Part shown: positions 17,010 to 31,267 of the stretch, piece by piece
Layout: the number at the start of each line of letters is the position of its first letter
How positions within the stretch are numbered: the first letter of the stretch is position 1
Translations under genes and position numbers: made by a program
Notes under the pieces: model-generated
What the model was told of the DNA's origin: nothing
What the model saw: the letters and a program-made list of their open reading frames with translations, nothing else
Database searches by the model: none
Origin: the human T2T-CHM13v2.0 reference genome, Homo sapiens
Assembly (NCBI RefSeq): GCF_009914755.1
Contig: NC_060939.1
Strand: one strand, 5' to 3'
DNA length: 64,000 nucleotides

Positions 17010-17280
17010 ATAACCAACTTTTTGTTGAGAACTTGTTATGTTTCAGACACTGTGCTCACACTTAAAAAATTCTCACTCAATCCTTAACAACAACCCCTCA
17101 AGGAAGGTACTATTATTATTGCTTTTTTATGGATGGTGAAAGTTTTATAAAATGCTGTGGATCTTTTAGAAGAGAAAACAAAGGCTTGCAAAAGTCAATG
17201 AACTTCCAAGGTCAAGAAACCAAGGTCACATGCTCATAAGTTGAACCCATGTCTGCAGGACTCCAGAGTCCTTGATCTTC
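17010..17280 (-). mobile_element. MIR
   Basis: actgtgctcacactt...ctcactcaatcctta...caaggtcaca. Confidence 0.55.
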
Positions 17281-17591
17281 AGTTCTACTTTCCATCCTCA
17301 GTCTGCTTTCCCTTGGCACTTTTCATTAACTCATTCAACAGCTGTAGAGAATGGTGGGACTCAGGCACGAAGAAGAAAATCACACTCTGTCATGATGGGC
17401 TGAGCAGGAGGTACTTCCTTGTTTCAGTCCTTTTTTCTGAGACTGTGACAAAAGATTGTATTGCTTGTCCTACAGAATTAATTATGTCTCAATCATTTTC
17501 ATTGTCACCATCAAAAGCATTTATTAAGCATGTATTTACAAGAGTTTCTGTGTAAAGTGAGTTAAAGTGACTTGACCTCTTTCCTCTAGAA

Positions 17592-17912
17592 TTTTTTTTT
17601 TTTTTTTTTTTGAGACGGGATCTCGCTCTGTCACCCGGGCTAGAGTGCCGCGGCGCAATCTTGGCTCACTGCAAGCTCTGCCTCCCGGGTTCACACCATT
17701 CTCCTGCCTCAGCCTCCTGAGTAGCTGGGACTACAGGCGCCCGCCAGCATGCCCGGCTAATTTTGTTTTGTTTTGTTTTTTGTTTTGTATTTTTAGTAGA
17801 GACAGGGTTTCACCGTGTTAGCCAGGATGGTCTCGATCTCCTGACCTCGTGATCCGCCCACCTCAACCTCCCAAAGTGCTGGGACTACAGGTGTGAGCCA
17901 CCACACCCAGCC
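17592..17912 (-). mobile_element. AluY
   Basis: AluY diagnostics (gcaagctc, ttagccaggatggtctcgatc); target-site duplication tcctctagaatttt. Confidence 0.92.
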
Positions 17913-19100
17913 TCCTCTAGAATTTTATAAGTCAAACGACATCGTTATGGATACGAATAAAGGAAATGTAGTCAAGTTAACAAACATTAAACCACATAAA
18001 TCAATGTATTAAAATATACATTAAATGCTTATCTTCTATAAAAGGACAAAAATGTACGAATGTTTTCTCTAGAAAATAACCTTTTCTACAGTGTTTCAAA
18101 GTTCAAATTTGCAACTTTAGCATTCAAATTGGGGATATCTGAAATTAGAAATAATTACTAAGCTAACAACAGCCAAATAAAATAGACATTAAAATTGAAG
18201 CAATAAATGCCTTAAAGTCCAGTGACCAGAAGCCACCCTTAAAATATTTGTTGGAGTGAACCTCTGCAACTAAGAGTTCATTCTGATACTTTAGTTAGAG
18301 TTTCTTAGTACTCAGGGCCAGTTCCCCGGGGAGCTCACACTATTAAAACAATCTCTGGGAAAAAAAACAAAAACAAAAACAATTAATTTTTTATTATAAA
18401 TAGTTTAGTAATACATGGCAAGAAGAGCAGTAGTTCCCTTAAACTTATACTTGGAAAATATTAAGATCCTTTCCATTTTCTTTTTCATATGCCAGTTTAT
18501 TGCACATAGCTAACTTTTGTCCTAAATTATCAAAAACACAAGTCAATTTGTGTGTGAGATATGTGTTTTCAGCTATAGTAAATGCACTATGATTACAAAT
18601 TGTGACCATTGGTAGTGATTTATAGGCATAATGTGTAATAACTTTCAAAACAAGAAAAAAAGACTTTCATTTTCATAATTTAAAATATTGCCTTTTATCA
18701 CAAAGGGATAGAAATGTATAAACATAATAATATTGATCAGTAAGGTATGGAAATATGGTTAGAATCATATGTTTTTCATTCTGAAATGAAGCTTAGGAAT
18801 CATCTGGTTCTTACTGGGATTGGTTTTTAGATAATTGAGTGGCAGGAGTGGGAGGGGCTTAGGTTAGGTGGAACAAGTTTGGCCATATGTTGATCATTGT
18901 TGAAACTCAATAATGAGTACCTGAGATTTATTTTGTTATTCTCATTACTTTTACATATGTTTGAATATGACAATAATAAAAGAAAGTTTAAAACAACAGG
19001 GGGATCATCTAGGTGTGAATATTTATGGAACTGTCTCTCGGTGGTGGTCTAAAAATTCTATCAACCTGAGATTAAAGGATCAAAATTCAAAAGAATGTAT

Positions 19101-19261
19101 AAGTAGCAAATATTATCTAGTTGGAACTTAAAGAATAAATATATTTATTTTCCCTGCTTTGATGATAGACATAAAGATGTAAGTAACAAATAGTATCTAG
19201 CTGGAACTTAAAGAACAAATATATTTATTTTCCTCAGCTTTGATAATAGCTATAAAGGTAT
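19101..19261 (+). repeat. 80-bp tandem duplication, 2 copies
   Basis: aagtagcaaatattatctagttggaacttaaagaa... recurs at 19181. Confidence 0.9.
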
Positions 19262-21019
19262 CTGATATGTTTCTGGGGTCTGAAAAATCACATTACATAT
19301 TAAATAAAATAATTTAATCTTTCATTATCAAGAACTCATTGCCCTTTAAACTGCATGTGATTGAAGATTCATTAGTTGTCAAAATTGGAGTGGGGATAAT
19401 CTGTTATCAAGTGGTCTTCCTTTCTTTTCATTTTTTAAACATACTTTATTTTACTTTTCCTGAATCCTTAACACACAGTTAAAATTCTTAGTAAATAAAT
19501 AATCATTCCCTAAAGCTACATAATTTAGAATACATTTATAAAAGGTTATGGGTCATCATTTATGGTAATGGGAGTGTGAACAAACAAATTAATTCAATGT
19601 ATGAAGGGAAAAACTGGTTTCAGGCAGTAATCATAAAACTTTTAGTCTTTGAGACTTTGGCCTCAAGAACATGAACCAGCTGGGAGACTGCAGGCCACCT
19701 GCTACACAGCTCATAGCCATCAAGTCCCCACAAACCCTCCACCCAAAGTCATGTTCAGTACTTTGATGATGAGTTTACAACTGCTGTTCTGATTTACTAA
19801 GGAGGCATTTATTAAAGAGTGAAACAAAGGTTTGCTTTGCCATGTCAGAACTGTAAGATGGCAAACAGAGAAAAACAATTTTGCCTTAGAGTAAATTACT
19901 TCAAGATAAGATTTTCACAAAATCCACTGGATTTATTCTTATTGGCAGTATTCAAGCACGGTTAAACACCTTGATGGAGGACGTACCCTGAATGAATTGC
20001 ACAACCAAAACTAGATTCCAAGTATCCTAGTTTATACGGTGCAGGATTTTTTGGCTCCTACATGAGAGTAAGCAATGGAAATGGCTTCTGTGCTTGTAAA
20101 TTTACTGTCAGACCTTAATAGTCAACAAAAGAAGTATACATTTGGGGTTTTTTTCCCCTCTATGGTATAAATATATTTAAAACTTTGAAATTCTAGCAGG
20201 TTGAACATATTATTAATACCTAAGGGAGAGTTGAACACCCTACATTGACTACACCTTTGAATAATTTAGAAAATGATTGCTTTACTAACTTGTACATATA
20301 GTGGTTTCCCTGTCATCCTCTCATAGAATATTCTTTTTGCATCATATTGTGAAATCCTAGTGATAAATTGAAGAACCATTAAACTGTGACCAGGAAGGGC
20401 ATCCATCAGGAAGGAAAGTTCATTTTAGAGGAAATTTTAAATACCCTATTCATCCTTTAGCCTACTTTGTAAGATTTGTTTACAGTCTTGGATATTCTCA
20501 TCAATTCATATCTAAGGGTCACAATCACCATTGGAGTTTATCAGCTAGCAGAGCAATTTCCCAGACCAAATCTTCAAGTTTAATCAGAAAACATAGGTTT
20601 TATTCCCAAGACCATCTTTAAAAAAGGCAAGCAACTAAGGCTGTGTCTCTTGGGATCCCCAATTAATCTACACAAAGAAAATTGCCCTCTCCCAAAGTGA
20701 GTAACTACTGATGGTCTGGCTATGGGATTTTGATTAACTAGAATATTGACAATTTTTTTTAAAGTTTTTCTCAAATCAAACTAAATAAATAGATCTCCTA
20801 ACAAAATAATCCCTTCAATAGTCATGGACATTTTAACACATTCCTCAATTCCCTGCTCTCATTGATTATACATTTCAGTTATGAAAAAAATGAAAGTTAC
20901 ATTTGACCTATTCAGCTGCCGTATGTGTATAGAATTCTTTCAGAGAAAAACAGAATTTTTAATGGACTGGAAAACAGCCTCAAATGTTTCATGCATCTGA
21001 AATTGACTGCATTGTATAG

Positions 21020-21240
21020 ACCTATGCTGTCCAATATGGTAGCCACTAACCACATGGGGCTATTGAGCACTTGGAACATGGCTAGTCCAAATTGAGATGT
21101 ACTGCCAGTGGAAAATACACACTGAATATCAAAGACTTAGTATTAAAAACAGAATGTAAAATATTTCCTAATATTTTTATACTGATTATATATTGAAGTA
21201 ATATTTTATAGATATTCTATTAAGTAAAATACATTACTAA
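21020..21240. mobile_element. MER3/MER33-like hAT DNA transposon relic
   Basis: tgctgtccaatatggtagccactaaccacatg...ttgagcacttg. Confidence 0.7.
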
Positions 21241-21879
21241 AACACTCCTGTGATTCAGTTCCCTACAAGTTGGGGTGCAACTATTGCTAATAAATACTTA
21301 TATTGCAAATATTAGAAATATGATATTCTCCAAAGATTAAGTATATCTTTAAAATGTAAGGGTCCATCTCTAAACCTAATTACTGCACCAATTTCTTTTT
21401 CCTTTTTAAAAAGTAGAAAATTTTGAATTACATACTTGGTTTGCATTTATAGCTGGTATAGATGACCAGTTTCTGCCCCACTATGTTAGCCTCAATTTTT
21501 TGGACTGCGTTTATTCTTACATTGGTGTGAATACATTATGTTAGCTTTCAATTATTTGTGCAAATAAGGACTGAGGATATCTAAGATTAACATATTCCTC
21601 AGGTAATTAAAAGCTAAATTTTAATTATTAACTTCAATCTCCTCTGTTATTCCATTTTTTCCCAATACTGTCAGAAAATAATAAAATAATCTGTCTTAGG
21701 ATTCAGTCCCTTCTTCTTCCCTTTTAAATGTGACCTACCCAGAAGAAACAATAAGAAATGAGCTGTCCCATAGAGATGGAAGATAAAAGAAGTAGGAGGC
21801 AAGAATGGATAAGAAACTAGGATATCTGCTCTTAAGGGGTAGAGATCACGAACTTTCAAGTCCACCTTCTGAATTCAAC

Positions 21880-22198
21880 ATTGTTTTGTTATTGTTGTTT
21901 TTGTTTGTTTGTTTGAGATAGGGTCTCACTCTGTCACCCAGGCTGGAATGCAGTGGCACAACTGTGGTTCACTGCAGCCTTGACCTCCCTAGCTCAAGCA
22001 ATCCTCCCACTTCAGCCTCCCAAGTAGATGGGACTAGAGGTGCATGCCACCACACGCAGGTAATTTTTTTCTATTTTCTGTAGAGATAGGGTTTAGCCAT
22101 GTTGCCTAGGCTGGTCTCAAACTTCTGGGCTCAAGCAATCCTCCTGCCTCAGCCTTCCAAAGTACTGGGATTACAGGCATGAGCCACTGCACCTGGCT
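21880..22198 (-). mobile_element. Alu (AluJ-type)
   Basis: Reverse Alu with (TTTG)n tail. Confidence 0.9.
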
Positions 22199-23351
22199 GA
22201 TTCAGCATTGTTTATTGATGGCCTGCTACATGCCAAGCCTTTGGCTGGTACTGAGAAAAAGTAACCCACAATTTAGAATCATCCTATAATAATGGTAATT
22301 AAGTGCTGAATCTTTCTCTGATTCACTTGTCACACAATGACTCTTATGACTCTGTATTATGCTGCTTATCCAAGTGTCACAATAGTATCATGAACAAGGT
22401 CTCAAGAAAGAAGAGTTTGAGGAGAAATCCTTACAAAGACAAAGAAAATGCACTCACCTCGGGAAGGAAAAGCAAATAAATAAAAAGACAAGGAGAAGAA
22501 CAGGCTAGAAGAAGAAGACAAGAAGTCAAAGTCACTTGGAGTATAGAGGCCAAATGAGGGCAGTTTACCATGGGTAAGCTATACCTTAGCCCAAAGAAGC
22601 AAGAGCCTTTGAGTATGGCAAGGGCAAGAGCTTCAATCATCCTAAAATGAAACTTTGATAATAAATATGGATGTTTATTTCACACCAGCTCCATTTTAGA
22701 GGAAGAAAAAATGGTTTTATCTAAGACTTCTTAACTAGTGATATCAGAACATATCATCCTAGGCTTAAACCAGTTTAGACCACTTAAATAAGATATAGTC
22801 ATTCTATAATCGTGGTAATTGAGGGCTCAATCTCAGAGCCTTCCCCAGTGGTTTCAAAATCTTTCCTAGAAAAGAAAACTGTTTTCAGAGCTCAAAGAAG
22901 TACAGTCTACACAAAGGGCCTGGTAAAAGCCAGATAAGCTAAATTAAGTAAGTGCATCTGAAATTATTCAAACCCATATCTTAAAGAGAAATTATAGATA
23001 GAGAACTATTCTCAATTTGACAGAAAAAGAGCTGTTTCCTGCCCTCTTGAGCTCAGATACTATTGTAATGAGAATGGAAGTCTTTTTCAAAATCAGGCCA
23101 CAGGAAAAAACCATATAAAAGTTTAAACCCTTATTTATACTACCAACTTCTTATTTCTACTCAACTAGTAATCAGTTATGAAACTTCTTATCTTCTATAA
23201 GATACTAGCATATTCAACAATTCTCAGGCAAAGGCATAACGGAATCTCAAAGAAACTTCTACAGGAATAACATTCTTGTCATCATCCAGTGCATTTAAAC
23301 TTTTGTGGAATACTTTAAACTTTATTGTTTTGTTTTCTTAGAAAACTTGTC

Positions 23352-23763
<412 letters not shown>

Positions 23764-23859
23764 AGAAAACATGTCTATGTGTCTTTCATTGAATTCTCTT
23801 AAAGATCCTCTGAGGTGTGTAGAGAAGTTTTATCATCATGATTTTAAATGAATAAAATA

Positions 23860-24906
<1,047 letters not shown>

Positions 24907-24923
24907 TAGTGGATTAAGAGTGA

Positions 24924-25112
<189 letters not shown>

Positions 25113-27319
25113 TAATTTTGCATGTAAATCATAAATTCAATAAGCAATCTTTTTTCACCATTAATACTGAATGTGAGATGAAGGTCACAGAAATAATTTA
25201 CAGTTGGGCTCCTTTTACTTTGCTTCTTTGACGATGTTTGTCAGAAAGCAAAGGTGAAGAGTTAACTCCTATGAAACTGGAATTTTCCAGCTTGCCAAAC
25301 AGGTGAATGCTCAAGGAGATCTCTCTCTTTTGATAGAGTTTTAGGTACACAGACATATAATAGCATGTTAATTTTAGATAATAATATTTGTATTGGGGGA
25401 CATATTGACATTTGCCTCTCATTTGTTACAGAGTATCCTTCTTGGCATGATTGGTAAAACTTCACTGAACAAAAATAACTTGTGAGAAAACTGGTGAAAA
25501 TGTGACCTGACTAATAAAAATGCTGAATTGTTGAACTTTTTCCAAAGAAAATAATTGTGTTACTTTCGGGTACCAGCAGTAAGAAAACAAAGGTTAATCA
25601 AATATTGCCAGATACAAGCTTTAAGTGAAAGATGAAATGACTAAGATAATATGTGCATTACTGTTATTTTTTTCTAAATGAAAAATGGATAATAATGACA
25701 TTATTTTGAGTGGTTGTTTAATGTTTTAAATATTACATTCTATTTTAAATATTATTTCTTCTAGCAAATCTTTTTTGTTGAAAGTATATTAGTAAAGTTT
25801 TTATGAAAAATCTAATTGAATTGTATTAAAGTTCCCCATTTAATGAGATAAAAATTAATAATGTTCTATTCCATATATGGGAAATACATTATGAATTCAC
25901 TTTCCGGAGAAGACTTAGTCTCAGGAATATGGAAGTTCTATTGTGCTTTCAGATAGCACTCCAGAAGGTATCTCAATTCACATTTTAAAAGGTAGTTGGT
26001 CATTATTTATTGGCTTTGCTCTTCAAAACACATTCAGCATCACCGGAAGACTAACTCAAAAAAGAAAGGGCTAAGCTGTAAATTGAAAAAATGGAGCCAG
26101 TTCCCATAGTTTTTCCATGTTTCATGTTTGGCAACTGCTGGGTTCCTGACAGAGGGCTGCTTGCCGGTTTTATGATGCATAACAAATGAATGCTCACAGC
26201 CGCAAGGTCCAAAATAAGTATATGCCGTTCCATGGAAAATCTGCATCTTAATATTGCCAAGGTTTTGCTCCAGGGTTTCATGCAAAATTAGGTTTTTAAG
26301 GGTAGTTTTAGTAACTTATTGAGATCATCAAGAAACATTACTTTGTTTGGAGGTGTGAGAGTAGCCAAGGGCAAGAGTAATTCTTTTTAACGCAACTTAT
26401 TTAACATCCATACGTTTGGGCAATAATCTGAACTTTAATCAGATCTTACATTACTCTTCACAGTCAACCCAGTATTGAGTTTCTTGCAAAACTGTAGAGA
26501 ATGAAGAATCCTATCTTCTGCTAAACAGTTTATTATGCTATCATATTAAAATATTAAAATAAAATTAATATTATTTTAATAAAGATCTTTATATTGAAGT
26601 AGTTAAATTATATATTAGAAGAGAGTAAAATTCTACCTAGTAAGTGTTCAATGGATTTTCCTTTGAATGGAGGTTTGTGTTTTTCTTTTCGTTTCTTTTC
26701 TTTTTTTAATTCTCGGAAGACAGACTTTAGTGAGTACTAGAAACTTATTGTCAACCTTACTCAGTTTTACTGGCCTTTGCTATGAACCTAAAACTTAATG
26801 AGTTAAGTCACCATCTGGGTCCCATTTGGGTTTTCCTTATTGGGGAAGAAAAGAAACAAACACATCTATTTGTTCTTGCTTTGGGGGTAGATTGAGGAAG
26901 AAATCTGAATACATTTTCAAGCCCAGACCCTGGGAATAGAGCCAGAAGGAATCTGGAGCCAGGAGTAACAGTAGCTACAGCCCTTGGGTAACCATTCTGG
27001 GCTACGAGTTTTGGCTGTCTTGTTCCCAAAAGCAAAGGGCTGAATGAGCTGCTAATGCTGTCTAGTTGTTCTTCTCTATCTTGGAGACCTTGCTGGGGCA
27101 AGATGGTTTCCAATAAATTTAACCATCAAGCAAGGAAGTTAGGTGTGAAAGCCGGTATGACCTGAAGCAAGTCACTTACATTCGGTGTTTCCCTTTCTTT
27201 TCTAAATATTAAGGAGCAGGTTAATTCCTACCCAATGAATTCTTTGAAGATAAAGCTAAAGTACCTTTCTGAACAGGCAGACACAAGTTGAAATAGGCTG
27301 AGGGTAGCTTAGTTGTCTT

Positions 27320-27480
27320 ACTGAGGGATGCATAAGAATTATCTGGGAAGTTAGGTTAGGAAACTGCAGAATCCTGGGATTTACTTTTAAAGATCCAAAT
27401 TCAGTAGGTCTGAGCATTTTTAATAAGCACCCCAGGCATTTCCTGAAGCAGGTGGTTCAAGAACCACAATTTCAGAAAAC
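27320..27480. mobile_element. MER5A-like DNA transposon relic
   Basis: agaattatctgggaag...ttcagtaggtctgagcatttttaataagcacccagg. Confidence 0.6.
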
Positions 27481-28362
27481 AATGAACTGAATGTTCTCCA
27501 AGCTGCCTTCTACCCTGGGATTTTATGTTTGATTATGAGAGAGAAGCAAATCCCTTGCTGTTCAAAAGTATAAAACTTTGTTCCAAGATTTCAAATGGTT
27601 TGGAGAAATATATACAATGCAAAAGGATGAATTAAGAATTGTTGAAAAAACTAGAGTCAAAAGGAAAATAACAGTGAGGAAATAATAAGGTTGGAGTAGG
27701 TTTAGTGTTATGAAATGCAAATTATATGGTCCTGTAGAGTTTCTGGGGTATGCTAAACATTTTCTATCAAGCTTCTTCAAAACAAAGTCAGGAGCAAAAC
27801 AAGTGCAGAATAAATCACCTTTAGTGGCACAAGGACCTGAAGCCACATAGTGATACAGAGGCACTGCTCACCACAGTATCCCTGCAATAGATATGAAGAA
27901 TTTGGTCCAACTATTTTTTACAACCCCAAGCTTTTAAGAGTCTACAGGGTCTAAAGCAATATGGTCCAAGTTTGCAGCCTGTGCTTAGTTAGCTTCTTCC
28001 CACTCCACCTTAACCTGCAAAAAAGCCTAGAGGCTGCTGTTAGAGACAGGGTATGGCCAAGAGCTTCAAAAGAACCAGCCTTTAATACCTTGACTCATTC
28101 CCACTGCTGCCCTTAACCTCCTTCCACTTTCCCTTCTCCTTGAGCATGGCCAGAGAGATCACAGCCTCTCGTGGCTGACTACCCTTCTAACCATACTTGG
28201 AACGAGAGAGCCTGCCAACAACTATGGAGCATTCACTTTACATAGGGGAGCTTACCAAACAGCCCAGACCAGAGCATTCTGGATGGAGCCAGGGTGAGTT
28301 CAGTGGCTGTGACTCCACAGCCCTCTCCCTGAATTCTGGGTCGGCCTCCATTAGAGAGGGTA

Positions 28363-28912
28363 TTGTAGGAGAGGAAAAACAGTTATCTTCTACCCATCTT
28401 AGGTTCATTGGCTGGGGGCCTATAAATTAGATTGACAAAAGTCAGATCAATAAGAGAAAAACAGAATTTATTAACATGTACATGGTACATACACATGGGA
28501 CCACTCAGTGATGAGTGACTTAAAGGGTTGCTTAGAACATGGGCTTATATATCATCTTAACAACAGAACAATTAAATCGTAGAGAGGTGATAAGACAAAG
28601 GAAAAGGACTTTTCATTCATAGGGTGGCAAATGCTGCCAAGGTAAATATATAAGGAAAGGAATGGAAGATAAGAGCTTGTCAGCAAAGCTTGTTGTGTAG
28701 ATGCCTGTGGTGCCTTTGTCAGGCTGATAAGCATCCAAAATTGTCTCTGGTAATCAGAGACATCACTTTCTGGTAGAGAGGGGAGGGAGGACAAATTTAT
28801 GTCCCGTTTTTAGGTAAATAGGAAGGGATCGAGAGCTTTTCTTGTATCTACTTTTTTTCGGTTGTCTCAGCTCCAAATAATCCTTATGCCAGAGTGATAT
28901 ATTCTGATACCC
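28363..28912. mobile_element. Solo LTR-like element (ERV1/MER31-like, subfamily uncertain)
   Basis: tgtaggagaggaaaaa...ctcagctccaaataatccttatgcc pattern recognised by eye. Confidence 0.5.
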
Positions 28913-29537
28913 TTTTGTAGACTCCTGGCTATGTGTTTCTTGAAGCTGAAAGCAGTCACGGCTTCGTTGAATTCTGGCCTCTACCACTTTCTCCCTCTCT
29001 TTATAATCATCAACCTTCTGAACCATAAAATCCTTGGGGCAGCTTTTTAAATTTCATTTTATTTGTGTCTTGTGTTTCTTACATTACCTGCCACATAGCT
29101 GGATATATAGTAGGTTTTTAAAAAGCAGTAAGTATTATAACTACTGTGAATATGATCAAAAAGCAATATCATTGAGTGTGTACTGTGTTCCATGTGCTAT
29201 GCTAGCCATTTTACACATGCATTCTTTCTAATTTCATTGCTATTTTTGGCTCAGTTATTTATTTATTTGAGGTGACTTATCATAATAAGCAACTTTCCAG
29301 AATTCACACGGTCAACAAGTTAATGTAATTTAATTTCATTCTTTCCACTTTACCCATCTGCCAGATGAATAATTTGCTATACTGTATGTAGTTCTCCACC
29401 TCTATGTGACCAAATGTACATAAAAAGATAGTAACCTGGAAGGATGAACATTTAATCTCTAGTTATCTTGACAGCTTGGAATTGTAGGCCAATTATCATG
29501 TTTATAGGTGTCTATAACTTCTCCAAAGATGGAATTC

Positions 29538-29670
29538 TGTCAGGTGCAATAGTGCAAGCCTGTAGTCCCAGCTACTTGGGAGGCTGAGGTAGGAGGATGA
29601 CTTGAGGCCAGGAGTTTGAGACCAGCCTGGAAAAAATAGCAAGACTGTCTCTAAAAATAATAATAATAAT
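29538..29670 (+). mobile_element. Alu monomer (FLAM-type)
   Basis: Single arm with (AAT)n tail; flanking aagatgg repeats. Confidence 0.8.
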
Positions 29671-29944
29671 AAGATGGGGTGCACATTAAATTTTGACCAG
29701 CCCTAGTGGCTTTGTTTTGTACAACTTAGTTCTGCACATTTTAGCTCTTAAGTTTCTTGGAACCAGAGCTACTACAAGCAGAAAACTTCAAAGCTAAGCA
29801 TTTACTCCATGGTGATTTCCTAGCCAACTTGTTAAACTCAAATGTGGTCCTTTGATGTTTACCCTAGACTTGCTGGTTTTTATGTAAATGATCCAATGAA
29901 TTCTTCCACCATTTAATACCTTTATTTTTCCTCTTTCAACTGAG

Positions 29945-30040
29945 GTCTTGGTGTGATTATCATCGGCTTAGCCGTGACAGTGACTGGTATCACTGGTTTA
30001 TCCACCTCTGCTATTGCCACAAATGGATGTGTCAGAGGAG
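29945..30040 (+). CDS. SLC12A1: SLC12A1 cassette exon B ([31 protein letters not shown])
   Basis: 96 nt, same phase as the two paralogous exons downstream; gag| acceptor, |gtaatt donor; peptide resembles NKCC2B TM2-ICL1. Confidence 0.9.
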
Positions 30041-30513
30041 GTAATTAAACTTGTGACCCGCACCATCATTTGTAAGGTAAAGGCAACACAGGCTCTAACA
30101 GTTCACCACTGACCTTTCTGGAGTGTTTTCAAAGGTAATGCAAGTTGGTTTCTTTTCCCCCATCAGGCAAAGAGATGCAAGAAAAATGGGGAAGGATTTA
30201 ACCTTTGTCAAACCCCCAACTTTCTCATTCCAGTTCCTTCAAGCAAGAAAGAAGGTCAAATGTCATGTTTTCTCTTTTCACAGCCAGGATAGTTTCTCTC
30301 CCAGGACACCAGCATAAGTCAACTTTTCCTTTCCAAGTCTGCACTTTCGATTGTGTTTACTTTTGGAAACCATCCTTCATCATAATGAGCAGTTCTCTGA
30401 CTTGGTCTTTATGCCAGGCAAACCAGTTTCTCCTTAGCACAAAGAAACCCCGTTGGAGCCCGAGGCATGGACCTGAAAACTTAAGTTAAAGGCAGTGTAG
30501 TTTGCAGCAATAG

Positions 30514-30708
<195 letters not shown>

Positions 30709-31171
30709 TAGGCGAACAATTTTTTATACTTCTTTTTGATGGGAACAAGGAAGTAGCCCGATGTTCTTGAAGCCTGGCTATTTGGAGGAGCTGGATGCCA
30801 AAGAAAACCTAAGGTACGATGAGAATAGTCCAGGTCTACTCTGGTCTCTTTTCTAATGGATCTCTCTGGCACATTGTAGGTTATGCCTTACAGATGTGCA
30901 CCTTCCTTAGGTAAACTTTTTCTTTTTCAGGCTAGTCTGCACACCTCTAGCTGATGTTCCTTGGAAACTGATTCCAGATTTGGCTTCTGTTTTAACGTTT
31001 AGTACATTTCAGGTGCTTCCTAGACCTTCATGAAATGGGATCTTTTAGAACATTTCAGGTTTTCACAGGGAGGTGGATCTTTCTGTGACAAGATTCAGAC
31101 TGCTGCCTCCTGAAGTACTGGTGACTTCTCTCAGTACTGGAACCAAACACCTTTCTTGGGGGATTTTGCAG

Positions 31172-31267
31172 GTCTTGGAGTCATCATCATTGGCCTAAGT
31201 GTGGTAGTAACGACACTCACAGGTATTTCTATGTCTGCTATTTGCATGAATGGAGTAGTAAGAGGAG
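31172..31267 (+). CDS. SLC12A1: SLC12A1 cassette exon F (LGVIIIGLSVVVTTLTGISMSAICMNGVVRG)
   Basis: 96 nt, cag| acceptor, |gtaagc donor; NKCC2F-type peptide, with Met at position 235. Confidence 0.93.
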
